Assembly: GCF_006345805.1 (NCBI RefSeq)
Contig: NC_042997.1
Span: 143,158,001 to 143,222,000, forward strand
From: Octopus sinensis
Lineage: Eukaryota
DNA length: 64,000 nucleotides
Reading direction: 5' to 3'
The notes beneath the pieces are model-generated. The model searched no databases and was not told the DNA's origin. It saw nothing but the letters and a program-made list of their open reading frames with translations. Every line of letters starts with the position of its first letter. Positions within the stretch are counted from its first letter, which is position 1. Made by a program: the position numbers and the translations under genes. Shown in pieces: positions 44,131 to 57,995 of this stretch.

Positions 44131-45059
44131 AATATACATATATAATTATATATAGTTGTATATTCATATGTATGCTTACGTGTGAATGTATCTATGTACA
44201 TATGTATCTAAGTGTATTTCTTTTATTTTAGACATCATACGTACATGTACGTATAAATACACATACACACATACATGCGTATGTATGTATATATATATGA
44301 TTAAGTAAAATACAAAATAATATTGTCGTATTAGCCATAATATACCCAATCACTGAGTGCCTGTTTTTGTGACTCATGGTTTTTTTAGGCAACTGTACGC
44401 TATATACATATAAATGTAGCACACACACACCTAACGAATTTCCAGTGTTTCTGTCAACCAAATTTCATTCCCGGGATGTTAGTTGATCCTAGTCTATGGA
44501 ACAAAGCACTTTCCCCGAAGGTGCAGTGCAGGGTGCTTGAACATGAAACCATGCACTGCAGTGCATTTTGCAAAGCAAACTTTTGACCCCACATCTATAT
44601 TTGCGCCCAACATAAAAGCTATCATAAATATATAATTTTTTTTAATTCATTACGTTCGTTAAATTTAACTCGGGTACCATACCCGTAAATGTTAAAGGAA
44701 AAATAAAAATCAGATTAAGTGATGTTCATAGCGTAAAAATAATTTTTTTTTTTTAAAGCTTGTTAAATGAATTTTCCTCATACCGAGAATCGAAACCGTC
44801 GCAATTCCGTGTTGCTAGGCAGAAAATATACTGCAGTCTCTACAGTACTTGCTACATTCTGTCTGTTCAAATGCACCAATTCATACCCTGCGTGAATGTT
44901 TGAAATGTTAATGTACTTTTCTAGAATTTATAATCTCACTACAATGGGGTGGTGTGACCTTAGTGCTGTTTTTCTGTTAATGTTGTTTCCTCTTCCTCCC
45001 CATCAACTCTTGTGTAAATCTATGGTGAAAAGCGTTCCAATCATGACTACCTCATCTGA

Positions 45060-45092
<33 letters not shown>

Positions 45093-45824
45093 CAACGTGA
45101 TTTGACATAGATATAAACATCGCCATCCTGTAAGAGGTAAACTGCTGGGGAACTTTCGATTTTCCTTTTGTAACCGTTTCAGACCTGGCAAGCCATTAAC
45201 ATCACAGCTTCCCGGTCTCTTCCGTAACACGTAGCATTAGGCATAATATCTACATGAGAAATCAATATTTGCGCTATAGCGGTTTCGATTACTTCTAGAA
45301 ACCGTATAACTTTCTTTTATTGATGCCTTTAGGAGAAAAAAAAAAGGGGGTAGAGGGCATGATAATTGTACCATCGTACCCTCCGAGAATTTAGGGTTTA
45401 CGTTTTCGGCGAGTAATCCTACAACATGGGTTCGCTGTTTAGTCGTTGGTGTGTATAGTGATGGAAAATAAATAATAGACAATCAGGATCACAACCTGCC
45501 ATCTATCCTTTTCGAGACGAAATGAAATAAGAAGGGAAAAATAAATAAATAAACATATCTCATCATGCTTATATTCTGAAATCAATAGCTATAGAATGGT
45601 ATGTTATTAACTATTTGTAGTGGGGCTGTTATAGAGTTAAAATGACCACAGCAACGATCATGACATATATAAACACAAATCAGTGACGAAGATAAAAAAA
45701 TTACATGTTGAATTACATGTACGGTGTTAGTTGCCGGTGTGTTGTCTGTATATTAAGTTGTCCCAGTATACACACGTGGTTCTCACATACATAATATACA
45801 GAAGCTCTCCATTCACTCACTCAC

Positions 45825-45831
45825 CAGCCAT
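45825..45831 (-). CDS. Candidate distal first exon, coding part ATG GCT G
   Basis: GCGGCAAATATGGCTG|GTGAGT has A at -3, G at +4 and a consensus donor. Phase 1 completes G+TT (Val) at the start of exon 30133, giving MAVGSDSAGACGSAGLMTSD. The surroundings retain CpG. Confidence 0.5.
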
Positions 45832-46765
45832 ATTTGCCGCATTATTTACAGCTGTAAGGCACCGACGAAAACTGTTAACTTATCTAAGACCGAAAGAAAA
45901 ATGTCTCAACTTAGTATCGATAAAAAAACTCTATTACATCACATTTCTTTTAATTAATATCTTATCTGTTTTTAAATTTCACAATAAAAAAAAAACTCAT
46001 TGATACCTCTTTTTCCTCCCTTTACAACTTGCAGACATTCACTCACTGAGCTCAATTGGATGTAAATTAATTTCCTTAATTAAATACGAAATAAATTTAT
46101 TTAAAATTAATAAAAGTTTTATTAAAAGTAACTGAAATGTTAAGATTTTCTTTACCGAAAATATTTTTTCATTTTTTTAATTATAATTTATTGAAATTAC
46201 ATCACGAAAACAACAGCCGTCACAGAATTCAAATGTAGTTAATTTTTTTCTTCTTTTTTTTTAAGTCTCCAGACGTGTTATTTATTTATAAGCAATAAAA
46301 TAAATCACCTATCATTTACAGTCTAATTATACTCGCTTAATTACTTAGTTTTCCTTTTACATTTTTTAATTCTTTTCGGATTCGTTATTATTATCAATGG
46401 ATTTTCGTTGGTTTTTCTAAATTTTATTTTTAACGTAGACTTGATAAAGATGTGGCGTTCATGGTTTTCCAAGGTCGACATGATGTATACACATTATATA
46501 ATATATATGAATATACTGAATACATGCATATATCCTAATTTACTATTACACACATATATACTTGTGTATCAGTCAGGATGTATGTATATATATATATAGA
46601 GAGAGAGAGAGGGGTAAAGTTCATAACAGTGTTGTATATACTCGATGCTAAAAATGTTCGTATACACACGTGTGCATGCATATATGTATGTATGTATGCA
46701 TGCATGCATGGCATGATGCCTCGGATAATAAAAGCAATGCTCATGCTTTTTTTCATCAGTGTATT

Positions 46766-46804
<39 letters not shown>

Positions 46805-46858
46805 ACATATATTCATATATGTATATATATAGAAAAAGAAAGCATGCGCGCATGTATG

Positions 46859-46890
<32 letters not shown>

Positions 46891-48382
46891 CACGTGCGCG
46901 CGCACGCACACACACGAGCGTGCCTGCTATATATCATTCAGTACGTGTTTATTATATTTAAAATGTGTGTGTGTGTAACCTCAAGCTACTGACTGCACTG
47001 TTAAATTAATAAGTTAGTCTTGAGCGATTAAGCTGCTATGTGGCAATCAGGACTTTGGTTAGTAACTCGTTGTACTTTTAAAGCAAGTGCAAACGTGACA
47101 CCACGAAGAGTAAAAGATTTGTTAGATGAATTTCACTCTTATATTTTACATGGAAAATATTGCAGGTGTGAAAAATAATCGTCATAGTCATCATCAGAAC
47201 TGTTATTTCAGTAATAATAGATGGTGGGTTTTGCCTAAGAAGTGAAATGACAGACTAGTTGCTTGGATGATGGGGTGAGGAAGGGGTGGGCAATACTTCG
47301 TAGGCTCACGGTTCTGAGTTCAAATCGTGTCACGGTTGGTAAAATAACTGCTAGTAATATCGGAGACCCATGTAGTTGATTATTATCTCGTGTGTTAGCT
47401 GGAGAAATAATGGGTTCGATTCATTATTCAAAACACATGGTGATGATACTTTAACTTGCGACGAGATACGGGGAGTGGGGTCCCTGGCATGGTCATTTAA
47501 AACACTAGAAAAAGCAGTCAAATTTCCCCTCAAGGTGCACTCTACTTTTTTTTTTGTTTTCTTAAAAATGGATAATGGGCGATACACCGGGTCAGAGCAG
47601 ACCTGAAGTTAAGCAACATTTGACTTGGGTAATTTAAATGGAATAGAACAACCAAAACCAGTCAATCAAAAGAAAGTGGAATTAATTAGTATTTAGCCTG
47701 TGAACTAATTACACAAGCATGAGTCTGCATTTTCGTTTAGCAGGTCTAATGCTTCGATACTCGGTTGCAACTACGAACCAATTCATGCTGTTAATGATAC
47801 TGAGAAATACATGGAGATCATAACATCTCGTTTTCACCTCGTCTACAAACATATGGCCTAAATGCCTTATAAAATAAAAGACAAACCTCCGCCCCATATC
47901 TGACAGATATTATATTCACGTGCTTCCAAAAAGTTCAGTTAAAGGAATGTAAAGATAATCGAGGACTTCAAGCAATTTTTACTTTTCATCTTGATTTAAA
48001 CATCATTATTATTATAATTATATACTTTCAATCTTTTTCCCTAAGTTTCATTATTCTGGTTATCCGAGTTGTCTTTAATAAAATGTAATTCAAACCAAAA
48101 AGCTAAGGTCTATGGGACGGTCGATAGTTCGGAGTTCTATGAAGTCTGTGATGTCGAGTTCGACGGGCATTAGTTATAACCTTTTTATCCTTCTAAAGGT
48201 CAGTAAATTACAAATAACTTGCCGCATGTATGTCAGGAAACTGCAACAATAATGGTGTCCACCCCTACTTATATATATGGAATACATGTCAAACTTAAGT
48301 GACGACATTAACAACAAATCACTCCTTCAAGCCGACTCGTGTAACATCAACCCACGCTAAACATACACATCCTCAAACAACC

Positions 48383-48427
<45 letters not shown>

Positions 48428-48435
48428 ATTCTCTC

Positions 48436-48605
48436 AGTCATTTGACTACGGCCATGCTGGAGTACCGCATTGAAAGATTTAGTCGGAAACAAATTGACAT
48501 CGAGTAATTTTTTTTTTAAGACTGGTACTTATTCTATCAGTACCATATGCTGAACAGCTAAGTTATGGGGACGTAAACAAACCAACACCGGTTGTCAAGC
48601 GGTAG
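48436..48605. mobile_element. SINE segment (cagtcat...ggccatgctggag...caccggttgtcaagcgg); copies at ~25040-25225, ~41550-41700, ~42075-42245, ~51965-52140
   Basis: Recurring motifs ggccatgctgg and aaaccaacaccggttgtcaagc. Confidence 0.7.
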
Positions 48606-49621
48606 ACAGACACAAAGACACACAGATAAATATGCATGTATGTACATACCATAGGCTTCACACAGTTTCCTTACCAAGTTCACTCAATAAATAAAGTACT
48701 GGGTCTGATTTATTCGAGACTAAAATCTTCAGGGCGGTGACCCATTCTGGCTACAGTTCGATGAATGAAACAAGTAGAATAACGAAAAATATTTTTCATA
48801 ATGAAAAGCATCCATTAATGGATAATCAGGCGGTCTTCGAATATCCGGGACTTAATTTGGAAAAGCATTGAGTGGCTCTCGGTTTGCTAAAAATACCAGC
48901 CAAATCACTCTCAAATTACATATGACTCTGTAGCATAGCTGGATGGAAGGCAATAGGGAACCACTTTTGGTTTTGCGTTATAAGTATATATTAGCTGTAT
49001 TGATCCAGGGTGTGGGGAAACTTATGGGGTGCCCTGGGTGGCACATACAAGCTACGTTACTTATCCGACTAGACACATTAAATAATATGGTCTTACGTGA
49101 TGGACAGTGCTGAAATGCTTTTTATCATAAGGTCTTCTCAATCAAGGATGATCTGGAGCTTAACAACCACAACAAACAAACCTTGAAAAGGGAGAAAGGG
49201 CGAGCCTATGAGATCCACATCATAGGGCTAGGGGTAGTTTCAAACATGTTGGCATCAAGAGTTAAATGGACCATTAACAGAGAGCCTGCAAAAGTAATGG
49301 GCCCCTCCACTCCCCACCCACCCCTCAACTTCCACCTTTACCGTCCGATCGTAAAATAACACATTTGATAATGTACTCAGATATATTTCGCCTGTAAATC
49401 AAAAAAGAAAAAGAAAGAAATATCCAGATGGCCACGGCTGGAATGCTTTCATCATAGGTGATTTCAATCGGGGACAACAAGGAAAAATAAAACATACAAA
49501 GAAATTGTAAGAAAATGGAAGTTAAAAACGCGTGGTTTTATAATAGTTTAATATTGATTGTTACATCTCTATTACAGGCGTAGTTCGAATTATGTCATTA
49601 TACTGTATGTTTGTGCGCGCG

Positions 49622-49828
49622 CATCGTCGTCGTCGTCGTTTAATGTCCGCTTTCCATGCTGGCATGGGTTGGATGGTTTGAGGACTGGCAAACCGGGAGG
49701 CTGCACCAGGTTCCAATCTAATTTGGCAAGGTTTCTACAGATGGATGCCCTTCCTGACACCAACCATTCCGTGAGTGTACTGGGTGCTTTTTACGTGCCA
49801 CTGGTATGGGAGCCAGTCAGGCAGCACT

Positions 49829-49830
<2 letters not shown>
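49622..49830 (-). mobile_element. Abundant SINE 3' part (ggcatccagct...ccaacccatgccagcatggaaa..ggacattaaa + (GAT)n-type tail); copies at ~19245-19446, ~19570-19690, ~22245-22380, ~33945-34075
   Basis: The same motif string recurs many times on both strands and ends in trinucleotide tails. Confidence 0.75.
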
Positions 49831-49867
<37 letters not shown>

Positions 49868-50155
49868 GATGAGTTTCTTTCAGTTTCTGTCTACCAAATC
49901 CACTCACAAGGCTTTGGTCAGCCTGAGGCTATTGAAGACACTTGCCCAAGGTGCCACACACTAAGACTGAACCCAGAATCATGTGGTTGAGAAGCAGACT
50001 TCTTACCACAGAGCCACTACTGAATAATTTAACTGTTATAATTAAGTCACTGTTTGAAATATAATTCAACAGGAAATTCTAATGAAGGGTTTTAGTCTAG
50101 ATTACTTGCATCATAGAACTAGGGGTAGTTTCAAACACGTTGGCATCAAGAGTTA

Positions 50156-50215
50156 CAGTAATCCCTCGACTATTGAAGGTGTTACTTTCCAAACCACCCC
50201 AGCGAGGGGAAGCAG
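50156..50215 (+). mobile_element. Terminal fragment of a pogo/Tigger-like element
   Basis: TA|CAGTAATCCCTCGACTATTG...GTTACTTTCCAAAC resembles Tigger-type TIRs. The other end was not found. Confidence 0.45.
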
Positions 50216-50711
50216 CTGACCTCCCCTGTTCAAAGGTTATAATGGACACAGGTTCATGTGTCACATAGCTAGCTAGAGGTGATGGCCTCTTGGAGCTAAT
50301 CAACGGCAGCATTTGTCCTATATTTCTGGACTGCCATATTAGCTTGACGATAACTATTAATATCCAGTACCGCTGCCATAGTCTCCCTTAGAGAGACTTC
50401 AAAATTTATATATATATACACACACATACAGAGAGAGAGAGAGAGAGATCTAAGATAACTCAAAGGAGCCAGTAATGTAAATTTAGATTGTAAATGCAAT
50501 GTTGTGGAAGTCGTAGTGCACTGAATAGCAATCGTGAGAAATTCTTAATGTATTGAAATTTGCTTAATAAACAGAGAAGAAAAACAAATAAATCCTAGGG
50601 GCAATTATTAAGAATTCTGAACAAGAAGGAAAGATAATTTTAAGAAATTAAACATAACTCCTTGGTTGAATAAACATGTTTAGAGAGAAAGGACAATGTG
50701 TTCTTTATTAT

Positions 50712-50787
50712 GAAAGTGAGAGACAGCTTTAGATGCATGTTTCAGTCTTGATTTGGCCTCATCAACATAACATTGTTTCTCACTTTC
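50712..50787 (-). ncRNA. Degenerate type I hammerhead ribozyme remnant
   Basis: Minus strand: GAAAGTGAGAAACA...TTGATGA GGCC-loop-GACT GAAA C ATGC ATC...TGTCTCTCACTTTC. Stem I is 14 bp with 1 mismatch; the core is mutated. Confidence 0.55.
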
Positions 50788-52778
50788 TCAAACAGATATA
50801 GCCAATTTGGGTGTGAGACATTTTGGCACAGCCATTCTTGCGCTGCCTGTTTGTTGTTGCTAATTAGACATTGACCTATATGACAACAAATGTTTTAATG
50901 TTTCTCTCATTTAACATTTTTCTTATTATTCCTCCTCCTTTCTCTGTCTCTCCCTGTCTCTTTCTCCCTCTGTCTCTTTCTCTCTCTTTATCTCTTTCTC
51001 TTTGTCTATCACTTTCTCTCCGTATGTGTATATTTTTACATGAACATGAATTTCTTTGTGTGTGTGTTTGCCTCCAGCATAAAAATATATGGATGCCAAA
51101 AGAGACTAACTGTCCAGTCACCAGTGCCAAATGATAAGTGTCGAAACAGCCACACCCAATTGACTCAGTCCAAGACAATTTAACATATAAAAGAAGACTT
51201 TAATATATTCTTGGCTAAGAGTAATTAGCATAATTAAAACTAAATGGAAATGAGAGAAAAATAACACAAAGTTAACAAAGGTGGCATAAGTAATGCAGTT
51301 AGAATAATTTTTCAAAAATTTTCCTTTTGAAAACAGAGGGAAAGCAAAACCCTGGAACCTGGCAGGAATTGTTAGCAGTTCTGAATTTATACAATTTCAT
51401 GTCACATGAACCATTTGGGTTATTTTCTCTTAGATGCTTTTAGTTTTAATTATGGCAATTACCCTTGGCCAAGGAAGAGGGCCAGAGTGAGAAGCAGATG
51501 ATAGAATGACAAAAGAAGAGAATTTGAGTGATTAGATGAGAGAAAGAGATAGAGAGAGTGTTTGAGTGAGTGATAGACAGCTACATGATGGTTATTGATA
51601 AGAAGAATGAATAGAAACAATATGACCAAGTAGAGTGATACAACAGAGACAGTCATTGAGAGAAACAGAGTGATAAGAGAAGCAGGTAAAGAGAAGAAAG
51701 TAATACATGAAAGGCAAAGAGACTAGTATATCACCAGACATATATATATACATATATATCAATAACACCAGCTACATTCACCAACTTAGGTTGATCAGTA
51801 CATCCACTACCAGCATCAACACACAATTCCATCATTACCATTAGCAACACAATAGTCTTCTGACATCATCAATGTTCACTTGCCATATATCTGTGTGTGT
51901 GTGCATGTGTATTCATATATCCATATGTATGTATTGTATGTATGTATGTTTGTAATCTTTTTTTTAGTTGTTTTAGTTATTAGACTGTGGCCATGCTGGG
52001 GCACCAGCTTGAAAAATTTTAATCAAATGAGTTGATTGCTGTGCTTATTTTCCTTTTTAAAACCTGTTACTTATTCTATTGGTTTCTTTTGCCAAACTGC
52101 TAAGTTATGGGGACACAAACACCACAAGCAGAGGTGGAAGACAAACACACATACACACATGTGTACACATGCACACACATGTGCATGCATACACACACAT
52201 ACTCACACACAAATACACATACGCACACACAAACACACATACACCTCATCACCACAGTTATCTCTTCTCTCCACCCCAACCACTCTTTCATTCTCTTCTA
52301 AATTGAGTAGTCATGTAACATCTCTACATCAAGAAACCTTGCTTTTTGCTCTGACCCTTTGTCTCTTACCTCAACCTTCATCTCCTAGCTTAAAGTCACC
52401 TCTCTCAAGGTTTGTAGTCCAGCAAGCTGCATGGTGACTTCACTAATTCTGGTGATAAAAAAATGACACCCAATACATGCTGTAAAGGAAGGACATCAAG
52501 CCATAGAAACCATGCCAAAATAGACAGTGGAGGTTGATGCAGTCTTTGGGCCCATTACACCTGTCAAACTGCCCAACCTACGGATGTAAAAATTTTGATG
52601 ATAATGATATTTCTGGTCTCAAAATTCATGAGACAAGATGTTTTTTTATGGCACCAGCATTTGTGAGGTCACCAAGTAACTTGCAAAATAAGGCCCCTGG
52701 ACTGAGTGGAAGTGCAGTATTGAAGGAGGTGGCTTTATGCCAGGAATTGAGAAGTTAAAATATGATAGAATAGGAGAA

Positions 52779-53615
52779 GACAACCAGCTAAAGAACATCA
52801 AGAAATTCACCTTATTGGGTAGCATCATCTCAAGGAATAGGGTCATTGACCATAAAATTCAGAATTACATCCACCTTGCCTCCTCCATGTTTGGACATTT
52901 CAAGGATAGGGTCTTCCTTAATCGTGATCTGAATCTCTCCACAAAAATCAAAGTTTATCATGCTCTTGTGGTTTCCACGCTTTTGTATGCCTTAGAAACC
53001 TGAACATTTTATCATTGTCATGTTAAACTCCTCGAATCCTTTCATATCCACTGTCTCCAGCGCATTCTTCATCTGACCTGGAAGGACAAGATCCCACTTA
53101 CTGAGATCCTGAGATGAGCGAAATTGACCAGCATCGAATGCATGATCCTCGAACGTCAACTGCACTGGGTGGGGCATGTTATCAGGATGCCAGAAAACTG
53201 TATATCCAAGATTGTCCTTTTGGGGAAGTTAGCAGAGGTAACCAACCACACGGAGGTCCAAAGAAGCGATATAAAGATCACCATAAGAAATCTCTGAAGC
53301 TCTGTAACATCCCTGCTGGTGAACTTGGAACACTGGCCACAGACCATACTACCTGGATGGTTACGATCAAAACTGGTGCGCAGCATTTTGAGGATAAACG
53401 GACTAGACTTTGCGAAGAAAAGCGGAGACAGCCCAAGGAACATCAGCAAAATCCTAGATGAGCTCATCTTCACCAGAGCCCTCTTCACTGCTCTCAGTGT
53501 AATTGGACATGTGCCTCCAGAATCAGCCTTTTCAACCACGAGCGGGCCTGCCAACGCCATCAAGATAATCCCTAAGAATCAAACACAATGTCATCATCTA
53601 TCAAGATGGACTGCT
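52779..53615 (+). mobile_element. 5'-truncated RTE-clade LINE (RT C-terminus/thumb plus terminal zinc finger), pseudogenised
   Basis: KFTLLGSIIS...TKIKVYHALVVSTLLYALET, QLHWVGHVIRMPE, GGPKKRYKD, and terminal HCSQCNWTCASRISLFNHERAC. Contains stops and frameshifts. Confidence 0.9.
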
Positions 53616-53639
53616 TTAAAGAAAAAAATAACATAAACA

Positions 53640-54500
53640 TATGTATATACATGTGTGTATATATATATGTATATATATATATATGTATATTTATATATAT
53701 ATATGCATAGGTATGTATATATATATATATATATATATGCATATATATACATGTATATATATGTATATATATACATGTATATATATGTATATATATACAT
53801 GTATATATATGTATACTAGCAGTATCGCCCGGCGTTGCTCAGGTTTGTAAGGGAAATAACTATAAAGCATTTTTAGAGAGTTATAGCCAAAAAATAGAAA
53901 AAAATGGGAAAAAATGATGGTAAATTTTTTTTGGGAGATTTAAAAAAGGTGGAGTTGCGTCCCCTAGACAGTTTGTGGTTCGTGTTTCTGATTCTCGACC
54001 CCATGTCGAATTTATCGATTTTTTTCAGAACTGGGGGAACTTTTCAAAATTTTCGCTGCGTTAGTTTTGAATTATGACATTGGGCTATGTGTGTGTCAAG
54101 TTTCATCAGAATCGGTTGAAAGCCGTGGTCGGGGTGAGGGTACAAGCAAACAGACACACAGAAACACGCACAGACAAACTGCCGTTTATATATAGAGAGA
54201 TATATATACATGTATATATATGTATATATATATACATGTATATATATGTATATATATACATGTATATATATACATGTATATATATGTATATATATACATG
54301 TATATATATGTATATATATACATGTATATATATGTATATATATACATGTATATATATGTATATATATACATGTATATATATGTATTATATATATATATAT
54401 ATATACATGTATATATATGTATATATATACATGTATATATATGTATATATATACATGTATATATATATGTTATATATATACATGTATATATATGTATATA

Positions 54501-54545
<45 letters not shown>

Positions 54546-54603
54546 GTGTATATATGTATATATATATGTATTATATATGTATATATATATGTATATATAT
54601 ATG

Positions 54604-54635
<32 letters not shown>

Positions 54636-54640
54636 GTATG

Positions 54641-54673
<33 letters not shown>

Positions 54674-54710
54674 TATATATAATATATATATAATATGTAT
54701 ATATATATTG

Positions 54711-54741
<31 letters not shown>

Positions 54742-54793
54742 GTTATATATATATATATGTATATATATATGTATGTATATATATATGTATGTA

Positions 54794-54825
<32 letters not shown>

Positions 54826-55075
54826 GTTATATATATGTATATATATATGTATGTATATATATATATTATGTATATATATATATGTATGTATATATATATA
54901 TGTATGTATATATATATATGTATGTAATATATATATATATATGTATATAATATGTATGTAATATATATATGTATATATATATATATATATGTATGTATAT
55001 ATATATGTATGTATATATATATATAATATAATATATATATATTGTATGTATATATATAGTATATATATATGTATG

Positions 55076-55106
<31 letters not shown>

Positions 55107-55149
55107 GTATGTATATATATATATATTATGTATATATATATTATGTATG

Positions 55150-55180
<31 letters not shown>

Positions 55181-55291
55181 GTATGTATATATATATAACT
55201 ATATGTATATACAGATATATATGTATGTATATATATATAACTATATGTATATACAGATATATATGTATGTATATACATATATATGTGTGTG

Positions 55292-55326
<35 letters not shown>

Positions 55327-55466
55327 GTATGTATATACATATATGTGTGTATATATATATATACATATATATATATAAATGTATATATACATATATATAT
55401 ATATATAAATGTATATATACATATATATACATACATATATATATATAAATGTATATATACATATAT

Positions 55467-55537
<71 letters not shown>

Positions 55538-55703
55538 GTATGCATATATATATGTATATATATACATATATATATGTGTGTATATATATATATATGTATA
55601 TATATACATATATATGTGTGTGTATATATATATATACATATATGTGTGTATATATACATATATATGTGTGTGTGTATATATATATATATGTGTGTGTGTG
55701 TAT
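53640..55703. repeat. ~2-kb compound (TA)n/(TATG) satellite with a 22-bp higher-order unit, interrupted by a Helitron
   Basis: Unit tatatatacatgtatatatatg occurs on both sides of 53816-54200. It is the source of the spurious YIYI ORFs. Confidence 0.95.
53816..54200 (-). mobile_element. Non-autonomous Helitron (385 bp)
   Basis: Minus strand starts A|TCTCTCTATATATAAA and ends CCTGAGCAACGCCGGG (hairpin)-CGATACTG-CTAG|T. Inserted at an AT site with no TSD. Confidence 0.8.
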
Positions 55704-56760
55704 GAATTAGATAAGCTTTGGAAGGATCTAACTGCTTTCTTCCAAAGGATGGGCTTACGGATTTCGATAGATTCTAACCTTAAAAGTGTAGATTGCTTAG
55801 ATATAAATTTAGATTTACAGTCAGATAAATTCAAACCTTACCGTAAGCCTAGTGATAAGCTAACTTATGTTAGCAAGGAATCCAATCATCCGCCAGTTAT
55901 TCTTAGAGACTTAGTCAGTAATGTAGGTAGATAAATATTGTCAATTTCTTCAGATGAGACTGCATTTCAAAATGCAGCACCTTATTACAATAGCGCATTA
56001 AGGAATAGTTGATTCTCTGAGAAGATCCAGTATAACCAACTTAATGCTAGCAGTAATGCAACACGTAGAACTAGGACTAGGAAGGCTATGTGGCTCAGCC
56101 CATCTTTTAATATGGCCGTAAAAACGAATATGGGTAGGAAATTCTTAAAATTAGTCTCTAGACATTTTCAACCTAAACATAAGTTTTACAGAATATGTAA
56201 TAAAAGAATACTTAAAATCAGCTATTCTTGTTGCAAAAACTTCGCCTTTTTCATTAACCAACACAACAATAAGATAATTGAAATAACCACAGTGCCGATT
56301 CTTTTCCAAAGAATTCCAATTGCAAAGATGGGACCTCCTGTCCGTTGGAAGGAAAATGTCTGGAGAAAGGAATTGTGTATAGAGCCAAAGTGAAGATAGA
56401 AGATTCACATGAATATAGAACATACTCAGAGGCTTCTGAAAATTCTCTCAAGACCCAATTTTATTCTCATAGAAATTACTTCCGATACCCCGAAAATAGG
56501 ACAAAGACCAGCCTGGCAAAATATGTCAAGGAATTAACAGAAAACGAAACCCGTCTTTTCAACGTGACATGGAAAATTTTAGATAACGTATCACCTTACA
56601 GACACGGTGCGCATGAAAGACCCATCAAAAGTAATTTATGTCTTTCGGAAAAATTCTATATTTTATTCTAGGACAATAGCGCTTTGAATCAAAGACGCGA
56701 ACTCTTGAATTCCTGCTGACACACAGCAAAATTTAAAATGTCAGCTGACAAAACACCATA
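55704..56760 (+). mobile_element. 5'-truncated Penelope-like retroelement (RT thumb plus C-terminal GIY-YIG endonuclease, Naiad-like), pseudogenised
   Basis: [26 protein letters not shown]; WLSPSFNMAVKTNMGRKFL..KISYSC; CPLEGKCLEKGIVYRAKV..RTY..FYSH..TSLAKY..WKIL..(S)NLCLSEKFYIL..LNQRRELLNSC*H. Several stops and a frameshift. Confidence 0.9.
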
Positions 56761-57995
56761 TGGATAGTATATATTTTTTGGAATCTTGAACTAGTTTTCA
56801 ATCCCACTGTTGGATTTGTACTTTGCAATGCATGGTTATTTCGCATCGCAAAGATATTGTATATATTTCGACATATTTCTTAAGAAAACCTTCAACTGTT
56901 ATATGTATATATTATTCTCATGTTTAAGATTTTATTTTTATTCCATTTTATTGTTTTAACAAATCCATTTAATCGTTATATTTATAGATAATTCGATATA
57001 TGGTGTTCCATTTTGCATATCTTTTATCCGATTTTTATTACTATACACTCAGCAGTTTTTAAAAAGTTGTTTGCATATATACGTTAGGACCTAGATATAT
57101 TTTTGTGGATGTCTGTATTGTAGGCATACATATGTATTGGTATGCTTGCGTCTATGTATATGTGTAAGTAAGCGTGTATGTTTATACTTGTACACATACG
57201 TACATGGATGTATATGTATGCTTGTATACACTTATATTTGTGTGAATATGTATTTACGTGCATATTTCCATGTTTATATACGTGATCGTATATATGCATT
57301 TATGTGTGTGTGTGTATATATACACACACACACACATATATATATATATATGTAATTTTATTTTGTGTACGTTCGTTACACATATTCCGTCATCTATCTC
57401 TCTTTCTTTTTCTTTCCTTACGCAAAGTATCCTTTCTCTCCCTATTCGTTACTTTGATAGCGTCCTTAATGCGTCCCTCTTCGCCCCAACCTTTCTTATC
57501 TCTTTCTTTTGCTATCTATTACATATAGGGTTCTTCTTTTCTTTTTCTTCCCCCTCCCTATGTTTAAGATATACTTCCTATCTCTCTTGTCTGTTATAAC
57601 TAACTTGTATATGTATATACCAAGAGATTTTTATGCGCGTCCATATGTGTATATGTGTGTATGTATATGTATGTAACTATGTGCATATATCTGTGTATTT
57701 TGATGTATATATGTATATTATACATGGACTAGTATGGGTAACGTGAAAATTTAAATTTAATTTTAATGTATTGACTTATACTTTCGTATATAATTAGTTA
57801 CAATATGTATTTTGAATCTACTCTTCGATTTAAGGTTTTCTTCGATTTTACAATAGGATGAATTTATATTGAATTCATTTATTTTGTTCATTGCATGCTT
57901 AAGACCGTTAATTGAAACGACCAATGAAACAAATCCTATTTTGAAGGTGTATCCTTCAACTAGTTTTGATTATATCGTTATTTCTGTTTCATTTT

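Noticed and set aside
47575-47650. 5S rRNA-like GAAGTTAAGCAAC
   Set aside because: It corresponds to the tail (gacctggggctaaacaac-like) of a dispersed repeat also seen at ~35320-35495 and ~49100-49170. No other 5S similarity.
54074-55834. Long ORFs up to 428 aa (YIYI..., MYVC...) and similar ORFs at 14.5, 43, 46.6 and 59-62 kb
   Set aside because: Translations of (TA)n/(TG)n/(TATG)n microsatellites that lack stop codons.
56010-56719. In-frame TGA codons in the Naiad-like ORF as selenocysteine (some Naiads encode Sec)
   Set aside because: TGA 56010-56012 and TGA 56717-56719 fall at expected Gly (NSGF) and Arg (CRH; CGA to TGA) positions, not Cys. TAA/TAG stops and a frameshift also occur, so this is ordinary decay.
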